Shown here one piece after another: positions 1-64,000 of a DNA stretch of 64,000 bases (its first letter is position 1; each line of letters opens with the position of its first letter). Where the stretch lies: assembly GCF_006345805.1 (NCBI RefSeq), contig NC_043002.1, positions 86,490,001 to 86,554,000 of the forward strand. The letters are read 5' to 3'. Position numbers and translations under genes: made by a program. The notes beneath the pieces were generated by a model. That model was given only the letters and a program-made list of their open reading frames with translations, had not been told where the DNA came from and did no database searches. This DNA is from Octopus sinensis (taxonomy: Eukaryota).

Positions 1-370
1 GCACTGGTGCCAGGCGAGGCTGGCATCGGCCACGGTCAGATTGGTGCATTTTACGTGCCACCTGCACGGAAGCCAGTCGAGGTGGCACTGGCTTCGGCCA
101 CGATTCGGATGGTGCCTTTTACGTACCACCGGCACGGAAGCCAGTCGAGGCGGCGCTGGCATCGGCCACGATTCGGATAGTGCTTTTTACGTATCTCCAG
201 TCCAGGGGTCCTGGAATCTGCCGGGTGCCAGTCATAGGATTGGTTCAATTTCGATGCCGATTTCACTTGCCCCAACAGGTTTTCGCAAGCAAAGTGGGGT
301 TGGCATAGGTGCCTGTCGTCGGATGAGGTTCGATATCAACTTCGCTTGCCTCAACAGGTCTTTCAACAAG
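1..370 (-). mobile_element. RTE 3' UTR fragment with ~62-bp internal tandem repeats (representative of many short copies)
   Basis: Matches the UTR that follows the RTE stop at ~35770 and the ORF end at ~53400. Other copies lie at about 7130-7330, 8420-8900, 9740-10200, 13850-14040, 20960-21860, 47458-48480, 48720-48890, 50480-50880, 52520-52680, 53080-53420, 59460-59760 and 60190-60420. Confidence 0.75.
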
Positions 371-399
371 TGTGAAATTGGTTTTCAAAGTTTCATTCA

Positions 400-1230
400 G
401 GACTCTCATCAGACTTTGACCAAGATGCTTTAACAGAATTAGTGGGATTCAATCCTTGTAAAAGTACTCAGAAATTAGCAGTTGACCTCAACACATCCCA
501 ATCCACTATCTGCTGCCACTTGGAAAAGCTAGGAAAAGTCAGCAAGCTGGGTGTTTGTGTTCCCCATACTCTTAATGAGAAGACTAGGGATGATCACATG
601 TCCATAGTGACAAGTCTTCTTTCAAGGCAGAGAAATTACCTGTTTCTCGATAATAACATTAGAGGTAATGAAAAATGTTTTTTTTATGACAATGTTCAAT
701 GCAAAAGGCAGTGGATTGACAAGGATAAATCTCCAAAACCTATTTCAAAGGCTGAGCTCTGTGGAAGAAAGGTTATGTTGTGTGTATGACAGGATCACCA
801 CAGCATTATTCAGTTTGATTTTTCAAACCACAATCAAACACAAAATGACAACTTATACTCTCAACAGCTCAAATGTGTGCATGAAAATCTTTTAAGAAAA
901 TGCCCTGCACTTGTCAATAGGAAAAATGTTGTGCTTCTCCATGATAATGCAAGACCACATTCAGCAACAATCACGCAGGATAAAATATTAAATTTGTGCT
1001 GGTCTGTTCTACCCCATCCACCATATTCACCGGACCTTTCACCAACTAATTCCCATCTTTTTTGCTCTCTACAAAATGGTCTGATGGGGGAAAAAAAATG
1101 TTCTCAAGAAGATGAAGTATGTGGAAAGTTTTTTCCTGTCAAAAAGCTACCTAATAAATGGCAAGAGGTTAATCAAAATAATGGCAATTATACTGATAAT
1201 TGAAAATAATTCTTTGTAAAATTTTTTTCA
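400..1230 (+). pseudogene. Mariner transposase remnant
   Basis: Fragmented ORFs 442-789 and 877-1203 contain CVPHTL (WVPHEL-like), LLHDNARPH and HPPYSPDLSP, with stops and frameshifts. Confidence 0.9.
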
Positions 1231-1251
1231 TGACTAAAGGTATTTAGTAGA

Positions 1252-1497
1252 GGTACGTGGCTTAGTGGTTAGGGTGTTGAACTCATGATCATAAGGTTGT
1301 GGTTTCGATTCCTGGACCGGGAGATGCATTGTGTTCTTGAGCAAAACACTTCATTTTCACATTGCTCCAGTCCACTCAGCTGGCAAAAATTAGTAATCCT
1401 GCGACGGACCGGTGTCCCATCCAGGTGGGGAATTTCTACACTACTGAAACCGGGAAACCAGCCCTTATGAGCCTGGCATGGCTCGAGAAGGAACATT
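1252..1497 (+). mobile_element. tRNA-derived SINE with V-SINE-like central domain
   Basis: A box tggcttagtgg and B box ggtttcgattcc, then ctgcgacggaccggtgtcccatccagg, which resembles the V domain as recalled. A similar decayed head lies at ~53490-53680. Confidence 0.6.
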
Positions 1498-1539
1498 TAT
1501 TTAAAGGTATTTAACAAAATCAGAAATTATTTTTGACGC

Positions 1540-2245
1540 AACCCAATGCATTATATCCCATCTAGAAGGATATGCGTTCTTTATCCAGGAACAGGAGATA
1601 GCTATTAAATACTTGATAAACAAGAGAGATAGGAATGCCACCAAACCTCTACATTGTGGTAGAAAATATCAGTTCTGTCATATCAGTGTGGAAGATGTAA
1701 GCCACATCATTAGCAGTTGCCCCAAAATGTCTATAAAATACTATCTGCCCCTGAGGCATGATACAATCACAAAGTCTGTTTAGAACACTATCCACAGGAA
1801 GGATTACTCTGACATATACATCAAAGACATGTCAGAACCACACCTTTAAAAACAAGGAATATTGTGAACCACCCCAATAAAAGCAGCAATTCAGTGCAAG
1901 CTTAACAGGCCTGATATTATTCTGTGGGCCAGGGAACAAAAGTCATGCACTGTTGTAGAGGTCAGCTACTCAGTGGAAGTGAATGTACCATCAAGGATCA
2001 AGGAAAAAGAGAATATTTATGGTAAATTAATGCAGAGCTTACTGCTCTTATACCCTGACAATGAATTCTCGTTTGTACTTATCATCATGGATCCATTAGG
2101 CAATGTACCTCCAAATTTACACAAAAACTTAGAAATACTAGGTGTTTTTAAGAAAGAATAAAAGAAACTGATGCACATTCTCCAAATTCAATCTATCTGT
2201 GGCATGCTGAAGATTTGTAAAACATTCCAAAGATTCTCCATCTAA
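1540..2245 (+). pseudogene. 3' end of an R2/R4/NeSL-type LINE (CCHC knuckle plus restriction-like endonuclease)
   Basis: Translation across stops gives FIQEQEI...FCHISVEDVSHIISSCPKM...LRHD, then NRPDIILW...VVEVS and ILQIQSICGMLKICKTFQRF. Confidence 0.8.
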
Positions 2246-2515
2246 GATTCTATAGATGAAGAGATGCAGACACTTGGGTGTGTGTACTGACTGCTCAACC
2301 ATCACACCAACTCAACCACATATTTACAAACACCGGGGGCTCTCTTAACTTAAAAAGTTTTGTTGCTTTGTTAGTGACCAGCTTGAACTCTCTTAAGAAC
2401 GTATATAAAACTCAAAGAAGAAACACACACACACACACACATCATTTAACATACACAGGGTTTAAATTCAGGCTACTATTAGTTTCATGCTGAAAAGCAC
2501 AATAGTTGGATAAGC

Positions 2516-2925
2516 GGATCTTTTTGGTTTGAACGGCAGTTTTTGACATAATTTCTAGGTAACTAAAAAATTTAAAACTTCGTATACTGGTAGAATGTGT
2601 TTATAAAACATCCTTTTCTCTTGGCTTTATTGAGAAAATTCTATAGTTTGTAAGATATTTGCTGTTTTTTTCTTCAATTTCTGCAATTTCGACCAATCGA
2701 TGACGTCCATTGAGGTAAAAAACATTCTGTGCCGTATGAATATGTCCCTTGTTTAAGAAACAGATTGGGTTTATTTACATTTGCGAAGAAAAAAAGATAC
2801 CCTTCCCCCCACCCCTAACCCTAACTAACCCTAAACCCTAAAACAGATTGAAATGCAATAGATCGATACTAGGGTCATAATTATGGGTGACAATTTCATA
2901 TGACACTGCTAGAAAAAAAAGATCC
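2516..2925 (+). mobile_element. hAT-type MITE (~410 bp) with 8-bp TSD
   Basis: Termini GGATC...GATCC; TSD GGATAAGC at 2508-2515 and 2926-2933. Homologous to 60749-61163 and 58771-59188. Confidence 0.85.
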
Positions 2926-3469
2926 GGATAAGCTTGTATAGCAGGCTATGCATTTCCAAGCAATCTTTCTCAAATATGGTCAGTCTTTCTTGCAAAAAAG
3001 AAATGAGAAAGAACTCTAGCCATTGATAAAACATTAAAAAAAAGTGAAAGGTAAAAGAAAAAAGTGAAATGGAAAAAAAAATTAAGAGATGCATCCCTTT
3101 GGACTGTGTGAAGCAGAATTAATATGGTTGGTGTAAATTAATCAATGGGGGGGGAAGTCTAAGTTTGTGAGACTTTATGTTTAATCCAGAGAGAGGTGTT
3201 TTCCAATTCAATAAAAGAAACTTGTCCAGATTCTTATATTTAATAAAAATTTCAGAACTAGAATTTAGTAGGTAATTTTGGAACATTTAACAAAGATATT
3301 CTAAACAGCTTCTTCTAGGGATTTGTAGCATCTCTCTGTAACCGTATGATTTCCATAAGAGACACTTAAATTTAGCATTAGATAAGTTATTATGAATAAA
3401 GACTTTGATAGATATCACACCTCAAGATTCATGATAGATGTAGGATTATCACAAAGTTAAAATGTTGAA

Positions 3470-3524
3470 TTAACAACTCATGATAACAACTTTAAACCTT
3501 TTTGCAAGCCATTGTATCGTATTC
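3470..3524 (-). CDS. Possible exon 14, (E)NTIQWLAKRFKVVIMSC* (or a 27-nt internal exon 3498-3524)
   Basis: Acceptor tttgtctag| in the required phase 2, followed by a stop at 3472-3470 or an internal donor AAG|gtttaa. Support is weak, and the real continuation may lie left of the window. Confidence 0.3.
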
Positions 3525-3599
3525 CTAGACAAAGCATCAATATTTCAGACATAGACCCAACAGATAAAAAAAAAGAGAGATTAAAAAGTTAAGAAAAGA

Positions 3600-3890
3600 G
3601 TTGCATGTATGTAATTTTAAATAGAAGACTATGACGGCTGGGTCATGTGACATGCATGGATGAGGAAAGCTATATAAAGAAGTGCTGATCACTTAAAGTG
3701 GATGAAACATGTGGCGGCAGGAGACCCAGGGAGATGCTGGATAAAGTGGTGTATGAAGGGCATCCAGATGTAGAAACTATGCCAAAGAAAACACAGGTGC
3801 TTGATGCAGACCTTGAACTCACAGGATCCATCAAACCATCCAAACCATGTCAGCATGGAGCATGGCTATTAGATGATGATGATGAGCATG
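3600..3890 (+). mobile_element. RTE LINE 3' remnant
   Basis: Decayed ...LRWLGHV...C.GRRPREMLDKVV, followed by a (GAT)n tail. Confidence 0.6.
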
Positions 3891-4127
3891 TAGTTTTTAC
3901 TAGAGGAGAACAGAGAGTGGAAATAGATATTGAACAAACAGTTATGCGTCAAATGAAAGAAGGCAAGTGTTGATAGGTGTATGAAAGTACAGCAGCATAC
4001 ATGTATGAGTGAGTGAATGAGTGCAAAAACTGAATGTGTTGTATGCATGGAGTTAGTAAAAGGAGAAGAGAAGTCAAAGAAACCAAAACAAGTGCTCAAT
4101 CAGAAATGATCTGTAACTAATACTCAC

Positions 4128-61802
<57,675 letters not shown>

Positions 61803-62200
61803 GGTTTTCCACTTCAAATTACAAACTGCGTCGGTCCAAGGGAGGTAACTATTATTTAAAATTACAGCATTAAACTCGTGTATAATGCGGAAAAAATTAA
61901 TAAAAAAATGAACGGAGAAAAATGGAGTAGCATTATACGTGGGTACGATAGATATAATGATAAGGTATATGACTCGCTTTAACGAGCGTTGTATTGTGTT
62001 CAAAACTGCATCGTCCTCCAGAGAACACGAGTTTTTATTCTGAGGAATGTTAAATTACAATTAATGTATATATGGTGTATTTCCTAATTTAAATTTAAAA
62101 TGAAGGTGAGAAATTAGATATTAATTTAATTAACATCAATTTAACACCAGTGGTCTAGCATATTAAAATCTGAAGGTTCAGTAAATTGTATTATATATAT

Positions 62201-62387
62201 ATGAGAGGGTTGACCACTATGTGGACAACCCTTATGCTAGAAGTAGATCCGCTATGGTCTTACCACTAAGAAGTAGATCCACTATGGTCTTACCTCTAAG
62301 AAATTCTTGAGAACATTTTTAGTGGTAAGACCATAGCGGATCTACTTCTAGCATAAGTGTTTTCCACATAGTGGTCATCCCTCTCAT
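62201..62387. mobile_element. Fold-back MITE-like hairpin upstream of exon 1
   Basis: Inverted arms of ~69 bp (atgagagggttgaccactatgtgg...ccactaa / ttagtgg...gtggtcatccctctcat) plus an internal ~30-bp tandem duplication. Confidence 0.7.
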
Positions 62388-62984
62388 GTGGTATATTTCC
62401 TAATATAGGAAATAGTTAAAAAAGTATACTTCCAAAGTTACTCGTCAAACGACAGGAAACACTGTGGTGTACAGACGCTCACACATACAATATACATGCT
62501 TTTTACATGTGTATATATATATATATATGGCATGGGTGCACTTAAGCAGCACCTGCACGGGTGTGTTTTTATGTGGCACCGTCATCTGTAAAGGACAGGC
62601 CTGTATGTATGGATAACAGTGATTTTACTTGGCTTATTTTGGCATTTGATATGTAGAAGTCAATACTTCTCAGTCTTTTTGCAAATCTCGCATTTCACTC
62701 ACATTACTTTTCTCCAACAGCAGTAAATTTTGGCACAAAGCCAGTAATTTGGGGGAGGAGGTAAGTTGATTCATCAACCTCAGTGTTCAACTGGTACTTA
62801 TTTTATTGATCCCAAAAGAATGAAAGGCAAAGTTGACCGCAGCAGAATTTGAGCTGAGAACATAAAGATAGATGAAATGCCGCTAAGTAATTTGCCTGGT
62901 GTGCTATTGATTCTTCCAGCTCACTGCCTTGAGATATGAAATGTTTCCTTTACATGTTTTGGTGTTGCAAAGTCTTATAATAAC

Positions 62985-63770
62985 AATAATAATGAAATTA
63001 TTGTATACAGTGCTCAGGTGCACCACAACTTGTCAGACAGTGCGTATAAAGTGTATGCAGTAATGTACAAATGTCTGGAAAGCGAATAATGTATGAGTCA
63101 GATACATGCTTGTGTGTGTATGGAGGGGAGAAAATCAGGTGTAGTGTTGGCGAATCTCAGGAAGCATGGAAGTTTTGAAGGACGCAGTGCTCTGACAACT
63201 GATGCTGGCAGTTTGTTCCATGCTTCAGCAACTCTCAATGTAAAAAAATGTTTCCTAAAGTCATGGGAGCTGTGCTGTTTTCTGACTTTGTAAATATGTC
63301 CACGGGTGTTAGACAGGTGGAGTTTGAAAAGGTGCTCAGAGTTATTGTTTGTAAGATGGTTGATAATTTTATGGGTGTCTACCAAGTCAGCTGCCAGACG
63401 TCGGAGTTTCAATGTGTCCAGGCCCATAGCTATATAAAGCTGCAGATAGATAGTTGGAGAGCGGCTCACAAAGGACTTGGTGCATGATGCCAAGACACCC
63501 TCAGCCTTCTTGACAATTTTAGCGATGTGTTTTGTCCAACGCAAATCACTGTCGACAATAACACCCAGGTCACGTTCACACGAAGACTTTTTGAGATTAT
63601 AGTGTTGTGGAGGGAGTAGGTGGATGCTGGGTTTCTCCTCCCAAAATGCATGGTGGTACATTTGTCCACAACCAGCTGGAGTATTTTCCCATTATGCACC
63701 ATTTTGGATATTTATACCCCCAAAACCCTGAATATCTCAATAACCACTGGTGAAATTTACGTGAAGCTTG
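62985..63770 (-). mobile_element. CR1/L2-type LINE 3' end
   Basis: KCTTMHFG, ERDLGVIVDSDL...HI..IVKKA and FRKHFFTLRVAEAWNKLP, with an (ATT)n tail. Confidence 0.85.
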
Positions 63771-64000
63771 TTTTATACCATTTGTATTCACATTTCAGGA
63801 GCACTTTACTTTTAAAGTATTTTCCCATTAAGTGCTGGTTTGGCTGTGTAACATTGCAAGCAAGCAAGATTGAAGTTCATTTTAATGTAGTGCTTTCATG
63901 CTCCTTGGAATACAATCATACTTCCTATAACTTATAGGGGTTTCCAAGTTAATGCTTGAGACACTATTTAATGCAAGCCAGCTTATTATGGCTTATCCTT

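Noticed and set aside
1-200. CRISPR-like repeat-spacer pattern
   Set aside because: The units are contiguous tandem copies without unique spacers, inside an RTE 3' UTR in eukaryotic DNA, and there are no cas genes.
2909-3094. ORF ERLTIFEKDCLEMHSLLYKLI after a pyrimidine tract
   Set aside because: It needs phase 1 whereas exon 13 ends in phase 2, there is no donor, and it runs into the MITE.
62440-62475. GAAA-CAC(tgtg)GTG-TA stem III-like hairpin
   Set aside because: There is no CUGANGA on either side in a usable position.

Overview
AT-rich, microsatellite-dense eukaryotic DNA. The repeat families point to an octopus genome (inference from recalled repeat consensuses). There are no prokaryotic features. 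Almost the whole window is intronic to one minus-strand gene that the ORF track largely misses. I reconstructed 13 small GT-AG exons with consistent reading phase (61802 down to 4128) and a doubtful 14th. They encode a ~390-aa coiled-coil protein that resembles CCDC175 from memory, and the gene probably continues past the left edge. The introns hold decayed mariner/Tc1, RTE, CR1-type and R2/R4-type LINE, Helitron and SINE remnants, plus hAT and other MITEs and one solo LTR. The main unexplained signal is a set of eight hammerhead-ribozyme-like motifs from several unrelated sequence families. Most sit in ~200-350 bp modules lodged in (TA)n tracts and have the short palindromic stem III typical of dimer-cleaving hammerheads of Penelope-like elements. 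Two have intact catalytic cores (22063-22099 on +; 38658-38752 on -, sense to the host intron). Three copies share a non-canonical CUGU(A/C)GA core. Other oddities are a 414-bp spacer-less palindrome, further fold-back hairpins, a tandem array of duplicated splice donors, a candidate recursive splice site and a hAT MITE carrying TTAGGG repeats. All coordinates and alignments were done by eye, and repeat boundaries are approximate.
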